This document shows positions 25,044-46,972 of a stretch of 64,000 nt of DNA, one piece after another; positions within the stretch are counted from its first letter, which is position 1, and every line of letters begins with the position of its first letter. The notes under the pieces were generated by a model. That model searched no databases. It was not told where the DNA came from and worked only from the letters and a program-made list of their open reading frames with translations. The DNA is from Octopus vulgaris (Eukaryota), in NCBI GenBank assembly GCA_951406725.2, contig OX597820.1:29698001-29762000 (forward strand), written 5' to 3'. The position numbers and the translations under genes are program-made.

Positions 25044-26929
25044 TACTACACGGTTGAAGAGCCACATTTTGTATCTGGAGAATAAAACGAAACCCGTCTC
25101 AGGTACCGACAGATGGTAATTTAGATTTTTTTTTTATAAAATATTCAGGGAAAAATGTAAATGATGCTACGTCACCAGTGTGTGTGTGTAACTTGTTCCA
25201 TGTTCATGAGCGTGAAGTGAAGTGGTTCCAATTTGGTACGGAAACGTTAACACCATTTCTAAATCCAGTGGTTGTTGCATTAATTTCTTTTCCTGATTAA
25301 ATCGATTTTAAATCTTGCTCTTTTGGTCCCTAGACTGCAGCCATGCTGGAGGATCGCCTTGAAAGGTTTAGTTGATTAAATCCATTCCAGTGCTTATTCT
25401 GTTCTTTCACTTTTGGCTGAACAGTTCTGTGCCGTTGACATAAGCACTCCAACAATGGTTGTCAGGCAGCAAGAAAGATCAACACAAAGACGTATCAACA
25501 ATATACATACAACGGATTTCTGCACATTTCCTGCCGACCAAATTCAACCACAAGGCATTGATCGGTCCGGAGCTCTAGTAGAAGATACTTTCTTGAGATT
25601 CCATGCTTTGGGACTGAACCTATACTGTTACGAAGCAAATTTAACCACAGTCGTACCTGCATCTGGAACTTATTTTAGCGACAATAAAATGAATAGGCCG
25701 TTCGCTCAAATGTTTATCGTTCACCTATGGGAAAACAAAGGAGCTTCTACGTGGACACTCAATCTGCTATAAATAGCAACCAAATTTCCCTCAAATCACA
25801 CCTATAGTCTTAGAAAGAGGAAAGACATTAACGTACTCGTGGGTGCACTATGCTTGAAAAAAATATGGTCAAAGCTGGAATACTTTTGATCATAGGTCTA
25901 CTTATTCAGGGCTGCTTTGGGTTGGGTCTGTAACGAGCCCTAGAACTCGTAAAGCGTTATCTGGTTTCCCTAGCGTGTAAGTGACTGAGATTAAAACTTT
26001 CCACTCGTCAACGGGACGCCGGTTTGTCAAATGGTTGACTTCCCAGTTATTGGTGAATCTAATTTACAGTCGAGTGAATTGAAGTATTTTGCTTCATCCA
26101 GTTTTGAAACTACGATCTTGCGATCGTGAGCGCAACACATTAACTACTAGGCCACGCGACTTCCCTACCAAGGATAAAAAAAAAATCCCCACCGCTTTGT
26201 TTAAAATCTTAGCAGCCATTATACATCGCGCTAATTTAATTGATCGAGCGAAATTATCTCGTCGTACTAGATTGAATTTTTTTTCAGATCTGACTGTTTG
26301 GTGCAAATTGTTGAGTTTGGAAGCAAGAACTTGGTTTGTACATCCGTAACCACGAAGTTTAGCAGTCAATTAGAACAAAAGCCATTGTACCAAAACTTAC
26401 AAGGGTAAAGGCCCCCTTCGGTGATAATGAATCATGGAATTGCAAAGTTACCCTCCGAGGCACTAGTCTGGGCAAGGTTGTTTGGAAGGCCAGTCACCTA
26501 TGCATACCAGCCTTCCCTCTTCACACCACCAATGTTACCCAAGGGAAAGGATGATACAGCTTGGCATCAGTGACGTCGCAACTCACTTTTACAGCTGAGT
26601 GAATTGGAGCAACGTGAAATAAAGTGTCTTGCTCAAGAACACAACCCGGTCCGGGAAACGAACTCACATGATTGTGAAATCCGATGTTCTAACCACTACG
26701 CTATGCGCCTTCAGAAGACATGGATGGCATTAGCAAAGCACAGCGCAAAAGAAAAGAAAGAGACATGAAATTTTCCATGTCCATCTCTAAAATCAATATT
26801 TAACAGAACCCACATCCAGTAGAAAACTCTTTCCTTCACGAACTAATTTCATAAAAGGAAAGACGATGCTGCGATGTTCAGAAGTTTGGATCAAGTGCTT
26901 ATGTAGAAGCATTTAACTCGACTGAAAAA

Positions 26930-27172
26930 TCTTACCTATGAGATGGAGGTCTAAAACTCTTGAACTTAGTATAGATTTTAACAAGAGCACCCAAAAAGCG
27001 AAAACCTCCACCAAGGCAACACCAACGTCCTCTCAACGATTAGCATCCAAAAATCCAGTCAGTTCCGAGGCCAAACATCTCTGAAGGTTTCATCAGAATC
27101 CATCCAGCGGTTCTTGAAATATCTTTGTCCACGGACAAACACGACTGAAAACAAAACCTCCGCCTTTGCTAA
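26930..27172 (+). mobile_element. Helentron/Helitron-like non-autonomous remnant
   Basis: TTTCATCAGAATCCATCCAGCGGTTCTTGA...GAAAACAAAACCTCCGCCTT resembles a typical 3' end, but the terminal hairpin is incomplete. Confidence 0.4.
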
Positions 27173-30100
27173 CTTCCTTTGACGCTTTTAGAGTAAACTA
27201 ATACTTTATGTCCCATGGTATCCCTCTGAGTTAGTTGTTTTATGTACACTTTTCCATATTTGCATGTCAGACGGAGTTCATTGACAGATTTTCTATGATC
27301 GGATGCCATTTTTGTCCTCAACTCTCAAAACAAGATGTTAGATATTTCTGTGACCAGACAGCAATTTCTCATTGTGCAAAAACCTGACTGACAGTGACAC
27401 TCAGTTACAACTATAACACGGGCTAAAAAAAAAAAAGTTGGCAAACACATCTACACAACGCAACGAAAGAGACTACGCAAGCTAGCTTCCTTTAATTTCC
27501 ACTTTTCTCATTGCCTGACGCTCCCCAGGTGCTGTGATATGTTCCCCAACAATGACCTTGAAACTGCAAGTTAGACTCCATAAAAAAAACTTTATATCTA
27601 TCTAAAGACAGGAGAGTCACAATTGCTAAGTTTTTCAACTCTCAACCCGTCCCTTTTACAGTTGGTAACTTTGCCTTTCACCCTTTCGAAGAAGATAAAA
27701 GAAAATTTTAATTACATAAGCGCAGTAGTTGTGTGGTATGAAGCTTGCTTCCCAACCACATGGTTCTAGGTTCAGTTCCACTGTGATACCTCGGGCAAGT
27801 GTTTTCTACTATACACTAATCTGGGGCAGTGAACTGGCAAACAAGGCCAGATGTACTAATAATTCAGCTCCTGCACCATCTTGAAATTCTTTAACTGTCT
27901 CTGAAACAATCCTGATATACACAACTCCATATTCACTGTACCAACGCATCACAATGAAAATTACTGGTTTTGATGTCAATTAAAGTCAGCTGTTAAGTAA
28001 TAATAGATTCTTTTTATAAATTTGCCTGCTTACAAATTGTTTTCAAATTAAAATCACCTCAGAAGCCTGAGTGATGCTTGCTTCAACTACACAGATTGAC
28101 AGAGGTAACTTTAAACACATCAGCCTGATCTAAACAAAGAAATCTGTACATGTTCACTTAATCTGCTAGAAGTAGCAGTAAATCTCTCAAATCATAGCAT
28201 GAAAATAACATTATGAAATGTACTTCTAGATACACTATCAGAAGAGAAAAATAAGATTAGCTGGGGGGCTAGAATACCCTTTACCTTAAGGGTGCTTAAA
28301 TCGGGAAGTGATCTGAGAGTTAAAAATCACCCAAACCTGGCTTTGAACTAAGTCCCCACCATCGATCACAAAATTCTCTTCACTTTCTACAAGATTTGTC
28401 AGCACATTTCTCTTTGTTGGGAATTCAAAGTTTCTGCTGATGGTATGGTTCTGAAACTAAGAACATCGCAAACATGCTTCCTAAAAGCAGTTCCAAGTTC
28501 ACTAAGAACTAAATATATAACTACAATTCTAGGATATCAAAGTTTGCAGTTAATAGTGTCATAAGAGTAAGAGATTCCTGGGAGTCAAATCTATGGTAAA
28601 GTCCTGGAGACTTGTGTGATTGCCCCTTATTTCTTATTGAAACTCACTTTTGTAACTATTGCTTCTCAGAAAAGAATCTAGAATGAAATTAATTATACAT
28701 CCTTGCATTAAACATTTGTTTAAATGGAGTGTGTATGTGACAAAGAAAAGTTATCAGCCCATTTGTCACAAGTATTTTGTATAGCTTGGGGAGTGCAGGG
28801 TGACTGCAATGTCAACCAAAGTTTCATAATCCAGTTAGCTCACAAAGTCAGAAATTTGAATTTCAAACAAGATTAGCTTATCTCTTAACCAGTAAATTAG
28901 GAGTACAATATACCAGACTACCTAAGCTACTGGAGGGCAACATATGTAACTTGTTTAGAAGTTGGACAGAGAGGGGAAGGGATATTTTCGTTTTTTGGTG
29001 CTATGAAAAATCTTATACACCACAGGTGACCCAAGATAAACTAAACTCAGTAAGTTCAAGATAAATTACTGTCTAAGCAAAAGACATCTGATAAGAAAAA
29101 ATTTAGAATAGAGTATTTGTTATCAAGAGTTCTTTAAAGGACACTGGTATTTATGAGTATCTCACTTCATTTGAACTAATAAAAAGGTTGCTAGGCAGTG
29201 GAATAAGTTTTAAACATTAATTCTTGACCACTAATTGTCCAAGTGATATAGAGTAATGAATCAGGCAATACAGACATTAAAATATGTAACTTCAGATATT
29301 AATATTAGTAAGCTATGCAAACATTTAACAAATCTTCTCTCCTGCTATTACCTAAGAATTAGTCTTTAAACCTGCCACCCTTAACAATTGTCAATTTATG
29401 ACACTTGATAAGCTTAGAAAAATAAAGCACAAAATCTGAATAGCAAAATTGTGAAGGGTTCAAGCTATTTAAGAGTACTTGCAAAAGTACTGTATGCAGC
29501 TAACTTAGCATAAGCTTGTCTATCAAGTCAGTTATTAAACTGGCCACCTCATTCATATTCCTTGTGCTAGGAAATTAACCACCAAATGTAAATCATTTAA
29601 CTCCTTTGATCCCAATCCACTCAAGATATAAAAGTTGTTTTGAAATATCAATCTTAATGTTTAAGCCTTCATTAATAATTGGAAAGTGTCAGACACTAGC
29701 TTAATATCAGAGAGGCTAGTTGTTTTACTGAATCTTTTGTGGACAGAGAACTTCATTATAAATATGGCCACAAAAGGGTAAAGTAGACTTGTTTGAGACA
29801 AATATACTTACCACCACGCAGACTATGTATAGGTAGATCACCGCATCTACCTGCTATCATCCATTAAAGAAACTCCTTTTGGAAATGTTGTCCATATGGA
29901 GGAATGTGGTACTGCTTTCCCAATACACAGCTGCAAAAATGTAACACTAAAAGAGCCAGTAATTAACCTTTGTACCTCCAAGACTAAGATGACAAAGAAC
30001 AAGCTGTTTGGTTTCCATTTCCTAATTCAAAATCCAGTAAATGTAAGAGTTGAAAAAGCTAAACTTCAGTAATCTTTCAAACAGGCTCCAAGTTTCAAAT

Positions 30101-32893
30101 TAGATGGCTTTCGCAATTATCATCATCGTTTAACATCCGTTCTTCATGCTAGCATGGGTTGGACGGTTCGACCGGGGATCTGGGAAGCCAGAAGGCTGCA
30201 CCAGGCTCCAGTCTCATCTGGCAGTGTTTCTACAGCTGGATGCCCTTCCTAACGCCAACAATAATTCCAAATAAATTAAACATGTACAAATTACATTAAT
30301 AAGCAGTAGAAACCATGCCAAAACAAACTAAATGATCCTGGGGCAGCTCTCCAGCTGTCAAACCATCCAACCCATGCTAGCATGGAAAATGAATGTTTAA
30401 AGATGATGCCATTGACAGTGAATATAGTCGCTGCAGGTGATTCCTCTAAAAATGTCTGTACTTTGTCACATGAATAAAAAAAAAAAAACACTGGTACTCT
30501 ACTACAATATATTTTCACAGATTTAAATTTCCAAATCACTATCTAAAGTGATTTAGCAGGACTGACATTATCATGTCTCTACAAAAAGTGACATACAATT
30601 TTAAATACACAAGAACTGTCAAAGTACTGCAAGGACTCAAAAATTGCATACAGTACAAGCTGCAAATTTTTGTTTATGCATTTTATATTACAAAAATATA
30701 ATCCTAACCTGTATATCCATAATGTTCTATGAAGCTTTTTCCCTTTGAAAGACTTGAGAATAATCTGGAAACAGAAGCCTTGTGCGACTAAACTAATTTA
30801 TTCCATTTCCGGCTACTCACTGTTCTGCTATAAAACAGATCCATTGTTTTTTTTACAAACTGGTAGGTTGACTTTGGCCAGGAATCACTGAAACACTGGT
30901 AATGTTATATTCCTCAGTTCTGGTACCTATCCATTCATCCTGTCAGGTTTCTAAAAATGTAAAAGACTAGCATGTAACAAATTTAATCATCTTTTAACAT
31001 CCACCTTCCATGGATTGGATGATTTGACAATGGGTTCATGGCCAGGATCAAGCTCCAGTGTCTACTTTGGCAGGGTTTCTATAGCTGAATGCACTTTAGA
31101 GTGTAGTGGGTTTTTCTTTTATATTTCTTTACATTTGTAGCACCAGCACTAGTGAGGTCACCATGTAGCTTGCAAGACTCAAGCTGTACTTCAACTGAGT
31201 GATACAACAGTGGTGAAAGAGAAAGGCTTTATGCTAGGTGACGAGGTCGAAGTATGATGAGGTTCCTAGTTGTAGAGGAACTATAAGCTACTTAAATTTA
31301 CTTAATTCCAACTAAACATGAAGGTTTTACATGTCACTCAAATTGTTCCCTTTTGCAGACATTTGAGGATGGTACATCCTATTTGCAAGAAAATTGAAAG
31401 TTTACAACAACTGTTCAATTTAAACTAAATATCAAAGATTAAAATTCTAAATTTCTTTTACATAGATACAATAATAATTATGTGCCTGTGTGTTCTCACA
31501 CTAAGCATTTGCTTCATAACCATGTGGTATCAAATTCTATGTTACTTCTAGAAACTTTTCCCACAAGTAGAATCCCATGTGTGTGCAAAATACAAACATT
31601 CCAGAACTTCATTTGTTATCTGAGCAAAATGGTGACCTGATTAGCTGTTCTGTGCTTTTCAAGCTTAGTGGAATAAAGAAATCTCTACTTCAAAAACAGA
31701 TCAGAGTTGATGACAGGTAAGGTATCTATGCATAAAATGCTACCTCAAAGTAAGTTTCTGTCTATTCTGGTATGGAGAGATGGACAAAACAAATGAACAA
31801 GCAATAATTCTTGACAAAAAGCTTTGACATCTACACAGGTTACCAGAAATAAAAAACCCATCTAAATCACTCAACATCCCTTTTTCCATGCTGTCATTGG
31901 TTTGAAGTTTTGCCAAGAACTGATGAGCTAAGCTCCAGTGTTTTGGCATGGCTCCTACAGATGGATGCCGCTCCTAATGCCAACCACTTCGCTGAATGCA
32001 CCAGGTGCTTTTTCCATATCAGCACCAGTGAAGCTGCCAAACTCACAAGACAGGACAACCCTCTCAGTGGAAGCATAGAATTGAAAGGTATGAAAGCACA
32101 ATAGAACAGGAGCAAGTGTCTTGCTGAAGAGGTAAAAAACAGATTTCAAAAGCATGAACAAAATGCAAAAACCAATCAACTGGGATGCTATTAATTAATG
32201 GATCAACCCAAATTAGCAAGTGCTTACATGTCCCCTTGGCTGCTAATCACATGTGCAATCATTTCCATAGCAACTGTTTGGTACTTAAATCATTATAGCT
32301 GCTTCTTTTGGCCATGCTGGAACACTGTCTTGAAGGATTTGGTCAAATAAATTCACTGCAAGGGGTTACTTTTTAAGTCTGGTACTTATTCTATTAGTCT
32401 GTTTTGCTGAACCACTAAGTTCCAGAGAAGCAATCAATCCAACACTGTCAAGTAATGGAGAAGAGAAACATGACAAGCTTCCTCAGTTTCCATCTACAAA
32501 ATTTGTGAGACATTGGTTGCTCAAGGTGCCATGACAAACTTCAAAACCACCTGGTTGCAAAGTAAGCTTAACCCACACAGCCTTGATAATGCCTATGTTA
32601 AAAAAAACCTTAATGAGAACATGTCATTTGCAAATTCTAAAATCTTAGACTAGATGTCTTAGCAATTTATGATGAAAAATGCTAGTACTTGCTTTAAATC
32701 CATTCAACTTGACAAAGTGAAAGCAGATGTGAAGCATGCAAGCATATAATCAGCTACAGTGGCTTTTGTAATCACAGATGGGGAGAATTGGCTGTGTGGT
32801 ACCTTGGGCAAGTGTCATCTACTATAGCCTTGGGCCAACCAATGCCTTGTGAGTAGATTTGGTAGATGGAAACTGAAAAGTCCATTGTATATA

Positions 32894-33005
<112 letters not shown>

Positions 33006-34972
33006 TCCCAACAAACATCGCTTGACAACCGATGCTGGTGTTTACCTCCTTGTAACTTAGCAGTACGGCAAAAGAGACCGATAGAATAAGTCCTGGGGTC
33101 CATTTGCTTGACTAAATGTGGTGCTCCAGCATGGACACAGTCAAATGACTGAAACAAGTAAAAAATAATGAATTTTAGAAAATAGAATGAAAAATGAAAA
33201 TGGATGGTTGACTAAGAGAGACTTGCTGCACAGAATATAATTCTAGAGGCAGGACACTGGAGCAGATGAAGGTTATAGATATATATATAACTACACTATA
33301 CTTGCTAGATATTAGAAGTTAAGAAAAATAAGCTAAGGGTTCATCTTGTCCAATTTAAGCATTCAGGATCTATACTTAGCTGTATAGTTGTATGTGTTAT
33401 TAGGGAGCTTGTTTCGAGGTATGTGATTCAAGGTTCAATTTCAATTTCAATGCGAGGACACTGTCAACTAGTGCCTTCTGCAAGAGCCAGCTGACCAATG
33501 CCTGATGAGTGAAATTTGGTAGATGGAAACTGGAAGAAACCTGCCATGTGTGGTCAAGAAGCTTGCTTGCTTCCTAACCATGTTGTCACAGGCTCAACCT
33601 CACTGTGGAACGTAGGGAAAGTGTCTATAGCTTGAGCTGATTTAGTAAATGGAAACTGGAAGGAGCCCATCATGTTTATGTGTGAACCCTAGTCTTGAAA
33701 TGTGATGGCTGTAAATGAGCATCGTCTGTTCATTTTCAGTCATCATCATCATCGTTTAACGTCCGTTCTCCATGCTAGCATGGGTTGGACGGTTCGACCG
33801 GGGATCTGGGAAGTCAGAAGGCTGCACCAGGCTCCAGTCTTATCTGGCAATGTTTCTACAGCTGGATGCCCTTCCTAACGCCAACCACTCCGTTAGTGTA
33901 GTGGGTGCCTTTTACGTGCCACCTGCACAGGTGCCAGGCGAGGCTCTCCATGAAAAACATGTCAGACCTTGCCTGAAACAGGTGTGGGTCAGTAACAGGA
34001 AGGGCATCAAGCCACAAAAAACTACCTCAACAAATTCCATCCAATCTATACAAGCACGGAACTGACTTTATATAATCCCGTTTTCTCAACATATGTACAC
34101 AAAAATCCATGTCTTGTTTGCAATCCTTCACAAAAGGATGTCCAGTTATTAAACTTCTTGTTTGGAAAATCAAGTTGATGGAAATATAATACTTGGAAAC
34201 AATGGTTTGTAATGGAAAGCACATCTAGCCAATAAGAAAAAACACTTGCCACAAAGTTTCCTTGTAACTCACGACAATAGCAGAATGTGGATATCAAAAA
34301 AATATTTCACTTTACTGTGCACATAGCTTTGGGCTCAGTCCCACTGTATAGTATCCTGGGCAAGTGTCTTTTACTATAGCCCTGGGGTGACCAATGTCTT
34401 CAGTGGCTTTGGTAGACAGACACTGAAAGAAGTCCATTTACACACATGAGAGATGTATGTATATGCACAAGTGTGTATCTCCTCATCATGATATCGCAAG
34501 AGTTGTAAACAAGTGCCACTTAATAATTTCCAGTATTCAGCAAAAACATGCCTGGCCATGGGTAAATAGATCCTTGCTTAGGAACAGGTGAAGGTTGGAA
34601 TTTAGAAGTGAATCCAACCATAGAAAATCCACCTCAAATTCCAATCTATGCAAGCATAGGAAAGGAGATATGAAAATAAATTTTTAAAATCCTCATTAGA
34701 TGGAACTGAAGGTTTTGAAAAGGAGAACACGGTAAAAGAAAGCCATTCCTGTAGACTAACTAAAATATTCTTTTCCAATATCTTTGAAAAATTGCTCATA
34801 TTTGACTAAACATGAGAACACTAATAACTAACTCAGGACTCGTGTTGGGAAAACTAACAAATGGTAACTAGACTGTCAAACATGCACTAGTAAACTAATT
34901 GTATAACTATGCTTGTGTGTGTATGTGTTTATATTTAAAAAAAAAAATGAAAAATTACTTCACAAAAAAAAA

Positions 34973-34978
34973 TTTATT
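34973..34978 (-). terminator. Candidate actin polyadenylation signal AATAAA
   Basis: AATAAA on the minus strand about 425 nt after the stop codon, followed by a T-rich downstream sequence. Confidence 0.6.
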
Positions 34979-35402
34979 GCATAAATATTGGCTCAAATGG
35001 CACCTGAGAATGTTGTAAGTAGAAGAGATTAGGTAAAAAAGACAATAACAAAAGATGTTTAAGAGGAAATATTTGCATATTATCCTGAAATAAAATATAA
35101 TTATAGGCAGAAGAATCAATCAGCAGACAACATGGTTTGCGGTGACTTGTAATGGAATCCTTCGAAACAAATATAACAGCAGCATGTAATCTCTGTCACT
35201 GTAGCACCAGAGAGAACTTATTTGATCAGTACACATCTAGGTCTTTTGTTTATAGCATTAGTTATTCTTGTCAGAGGAGAAGGGAGCATAAAAAGAGAGA
35301 ATGAAAGGACAGAAGAAGGGTATTTAGGATCCATTAGGTTGCTGCAAGCAGAATTTCTTAATGAGTTTCTTAGATGTTTGTGCTGGAAGTTAAGCTATGT
35401 AC

Positions 35403-42273
<6,871 letters not shown>

Positions 42274-42430
42274 TTAATATTTGTTTTAAAATGCCCGAAA
42301 AAGAATTGGAAAAAACCGGAGAAGGCTTGAACTTTTTATGCTCTTGTCAAAAATAGGTACTGCCTTTGAAATGCAGGAGAAATGGCGCGAGCAAGATTTG
42401 GCGATGTGGTCGCTGCAAGAGAGCGCTACA

Positions 42431-42515
42431 GACTGACTTGAGTGACGTCTCTTCAGACTCTAAAACGATATTTCCTTTATATGGAAGTTGAATTCTCGTG
42501 ATACTTAGCCAATGG
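42431..42515 (-). promoter_or_regulatory. Actin core promoter: TATA/CArG-like CCATATAAAGG (42474-42484), CCAAT box (42509-42513), CRE-like TGACGTC and Inr-like TCACTC/TCAGTC
   Basis: Motifs are clustered about 170-250 bp upstream of the ATG with plausible spacing. The TSS is not verified. Confidence 0.6.
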
Positions 42516-44723
42516 GGTGGGGGCAATGAGACAAGGCAGTTAGGGACATCATTCAAAGTAATTAATGAATTTATATGTGTCCCTGAATATTTTTTTTTTA
42601 TATACATAAATTTATAAATATATATATTTAGGTATATGCAAATATATCATAAATATATTTAATTTTTAACATGCATAAATGTATGGAAATAACAATAAGT
42701 AAAAAAAATAGAACAAAATATCAATGACAGATGATAGCAAGAGGGGGAGGGGAGAGATGGAGACGTGATGTCGGATAGAGGAGTAAACCGGGGGGGGGGG
42801 TGATGATGAATTTGTGAGAACAGTAGTAGAATTAAAGTTGCTTCATATAGCACCCAGATGCTAAGAATTTTTAGTATATGCTAACTGAAACAAGAATATT
42901 CATAGTAGCTGCCATTCTGCCAACGTGTATGTCTTATCATTTATTTTTTTTTTTTTTGAAATATTTATTCAACCACCGAGGTCGAATCTCATTTTTGTTT
43001 TTAAAGTTTCCCTTCCCTCCTCTCCCATTTTCTTTTCTAGGACCCGTCATTTTAATTTTTTTTATTTCAAGGAAATAACTTCGGTGACAAATGCAGATTA
43101 TATGATCCCTCTCTCTCTCTATATATAATATAAACTTTAAAGTGGAAAGAATCTACACATGACAGCCATCTTAGCAGCTATTTAAGATAAACTGATCAAG
43201 GGAGGGGGGGGGGGCAGGTTTTGGAAACGAAACATTGAGAAAAGACGAAAAAGGGGGAGGGGGAACCTTTCAAAATGTATTTAAAAATATATGTATGTTT
43301 TATGTATGCGTGTGTGTATTTATATAGCTTAATTTAATTAGTATTATTTAAAGTTTCACCTACTTAACGTTCAAATTTTACTCCCTACTAAAGACTATGG
43401 TTTAAACATTTACAATAATTATTTAGTCCTCAGCCCCACCCGTTCGCGCTTAGCATTAAAATTTATCTTTAAACGTTAGGTTCTTGTTTATCCCTGGAAC
43501 AGCCCTGGACTAGCAGGCCTTGTTATGATCAAAAGCTTTCCAGCTGTAATAATCCCGTTTATGAGAGAGAGATTAGATTAGATTAACCAATGTGTCTTTT
43601 CTTTATTAAGGCGACACGGGGATTTAAGGTAGATTTTAGCTGCTATTTCGAGCAAGCAGGTTGAGGGGACAACATAGGGAGTGTCGTTGACAAGCCAGCG
43701 GGATTGTGTGAGTGACACATTTTAGCAGCAAATTTTGCTTTTATTTCTCACGAATGATAAGAACTTATTTTAAAATTCGTAATGGAAATCAACAAAGCTG
43801 GGAAACAACAGCGTTTTCATTAATTGTATATATTAAGCAGAAACCATTTTTAATATATGCCCATTAATAGACGAATAAAACACGAGTAAAGAGTGATTTA
43901 TAGAAATAAAGACTTCCAGTCCATTAAGATCGTTACCCTTATTATTTTTATTATTATTAAAAAAATCCACCATCACCCAAAAAGAAAAAAAAACGGAAAC
44001 TTCTCATCATGATTCTGATTCAGCTTTCAAGAACCTTGTAGAGCTGGTTGTTGGTATTGTTGTTGTTGTTTAACCCTAGGGTTGACCAAAGTGAGCAGAC
44101 CAGACCAATGATCAAAAGCAAAAAAAAAAAAAAAAAGAAGAAATGAAAGAACAGAAAAAGTATTTTCAGCTTCGAACATTCTATCCTTTCTCTTTTTTTA
44201 AGGCTTTGCATACCATGGAATTCATGTGTTATTTTCTAGAATGAGTTATTCGATGGAGATTTGCTTGCTATTTCTAGCGACCAGCTGGGCATTATTTCCC
44301 TCGTTGTGATGCCGGTTCTTCTTGTAATGGTCGGACATTGTGCCGGTATTAATGGATAACAAGCGATTCATGCTCGTTGAATCAGACAATAACCAGACGA
44401 CAGTTACAGAGCTGCAATATATGTTTTATATAACCGTTTTTACTTTCTTTCTTTGTCTTAGATCACCTGATTATTATTAATAGTAATAACTAATTTAAAT
44501 CCAAGTATATTCCATGCTTGTTTCTTGAATTTTCCTTTCTCGTAATGTATATATATGAAAGTTGTTTTTGGAAATTTCCTCTATAACTACTTCTTTCTTC
44601 ATTACCATGATTATGCATATAAAACATACATACGTACCTACAATAATCTATCTATCTACGTATACATACATAAGTTATATATACATATACACACGTATAC
44701 ATACATGTGTATATATACATACA

Positions 44724-44754
<31 letters not shown>

Positions 44755-44823
44755 TATATATGCATGCTTGTGGTTAGTATTATACAGGACAAAAGTATAT
44801 ATGATTAACTTTTTGATAAGCTT

Positions 44824-44856
<33 letters not shown>

Positions 44857-45860
44857 GTCTTGGATGGATGTGGTTTCGGAATCACACTTCTCTTTCCTAT
44901 TTTGTTTTATAACACACACGCACACGCACACACACACACACATTGCGGGTGTGAGTATGTGTTCTGTACAGAATATAGGGAAAATACACGATGCCTTTTT
45001 GGAAAAAAGTTGAAGCATTGCTTTTTAAAATTGAGCTAAATATATGAAGATTGGAAAGAATTTTATTAAATACAATTTCGAATCGAAAAAAAAAAAAAAA
45101 AAGAGCAGTTAAGCCAAATATAGATATAATAAATAACCCCTTATTGAGCGAATCCCAGGTGGTTATTCACAAATTTATTTATTTATTCCTTTATTTTTGT
45201 AATTTCTGTTCGTGAACGGCCAATATACTACGAGATAGTTACTGGCGCTTTGGCACATGTCTGCTCGTCAGCGCAACCGGCTTCATTTCCAACCTCTGTG
45301 AATTTAAGCAACCCGTAATCAGCAATAGACGAATGGTTGCAACGTAAAAAAAGAAGTATTTTAGTAATAATAATAATTATTATTATTATTATTGCGGTTT
45401 CAAATTTTGGCACAAGGTCAGTAATTTCGAGAGAGAGGATAAGTCGATTACATCGACCCCCCAAATAATGATAAAGAAAGAATAAAACAGACATCGACTG
45501 GATTCGAACTCGTTACCAAGAACTTAAAGAAAAAAAAAAAAAAGGTGGGAGAATGGAAAAAAAAATTCGCACTCTGCTTTTAGAATATTGAGCAGAATTC
45601 GTAGAACGACAGACAAAAAATTATTTGCAGTTTTTATTCACGTTTCTTTACGGTCTAAGCTCGAATCCTAGACAAGGTCGGCTATACATTTTATCTTTTC
45701 GTGGGGCGATCATTTAATAATCTAAAGCGTCAGTCAAAAGTACTGGAGACCCGATGTAATCGCAATCGACTTACTGGCTGGCTGGCTCTTATATTGGCAT
45801 TATCACATCACCGAAAAATAAGGTTATTGGATTCAATCGGTCTTGATTTCTTGCTATATA

Positions 45861-45915
<55 letters not shown>

Positions 45916-46770
45916 GCACACACACAAACACGCATATATTAATTTTCTCCAGGCCCTTTCCATTATCTGCAACCATGTGTCTAAAATTCAAGCGTTACGT
46001 TATGATTTTCGTTTTGTTTTTCTCTCACCGAAACAGATACAATAAGATTTCCAATGAGAAAGTCAATGAATATGAACTCTCAACCAATTTGGGTTGTACT
46101 GCGGTGTTTAATAAATGATATTGATAATAAGAAAAAATGTTAAATAAATAAACCGATTCCTAACAGAATGAAACAAATCGGACAAGCCGTCATATATTTT
46201 TTGATTACATCTTACGTTGATACTGTCATTTAATGCTTTCTCTCTTTCTTTCATCCTTGATTATCATCGCTTGCATACGATATATCTGTGTGTGTGTGTG
46301 TCTGTCTTTCTATCGAAGACAGCACCTAGGATGCGTCTACGAGGATGCTCGACTACGTAGCTAGAAATAGCAAGCAGTCAGATCAGATCTTCAAACCGCA
46401 CCTTACGGGCTTAAAATAAATTTGATAACTCCGTGATAGAATATGTCCGATTTGTCATATTAAAACAACTCAGTTATATATTATAACCGGCTGTGTATGT
46501 GAAGAATGATTTTGTAACTAAACAACAAAAAAATTTTGTGTGTGTGTGTGTGTGAGAGAGAGTGGCATTCATTCTCTAGTTCTACATTTTTATCTGACTC
46601 GCCACACCTTCCAGTTCTACACATTGACACTCTCTTTAAATGACATATCACTGACGAGTTCACGATATCGATAATCTTTTAATCTTTTAATCTAGAGCAA
46701 TCTTTGTTTAATTTCCTCTTTGCAACTTTCAGAAATTTACCCGTCTTTACACTTTATGTGTGTGTGTGTG

Positions 46771-46972
46771 TATGAGGGGCCGCTGAAAAGTCCCTGGCTT
46801 GGAGAAAAGAAAAAAGAAACAGGAGGATCAGTTATTTATGAGTTTATTCAACGTATTCCCCTCTCAGTGGTCCTTCAATTTTCCAAAGCCCTGTAAAAGA
46901 ATTTTGCAGGGCCTCCTAACCAGGCCTTTCGCGATACTCTTAAAGCCAGGAACTTTTCAGCACTCCCTCATA
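46771..46972. mobile_element. Mariner-type MITE; related copies near 19557-19785 and 22870-23035
   Basis: Termini TATGAGGGGCCGCTGAAAAGTCCCTGGCTT and AAGCCAGGAACTTTTCAGCACTCCCTCATA. Confidence 0.75.

Noticed and set aside
27080-27100. CTGATGA cores here (minus strand) and at 19521, 31920, 33503 and 57591
   Set aside because: None is followed by a stem II, GAAA and stem III arrangement.
42474-42484. Canonical CArG box in the actin promoter
   Set aside because: CC(A/T)7GG has seven A/T bases rather than six. It was kept only as a TATA/CArG-like element.
46359-46374. AGCTAGAAATAGCAAG matches the engineered Cas9 sgRNA tetraloop region
   Set aside because: It is a variant of the local CTGCTAGAAATAGCAG repeat family. 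The flanks do not match the scaffold, so the match is coincidental.
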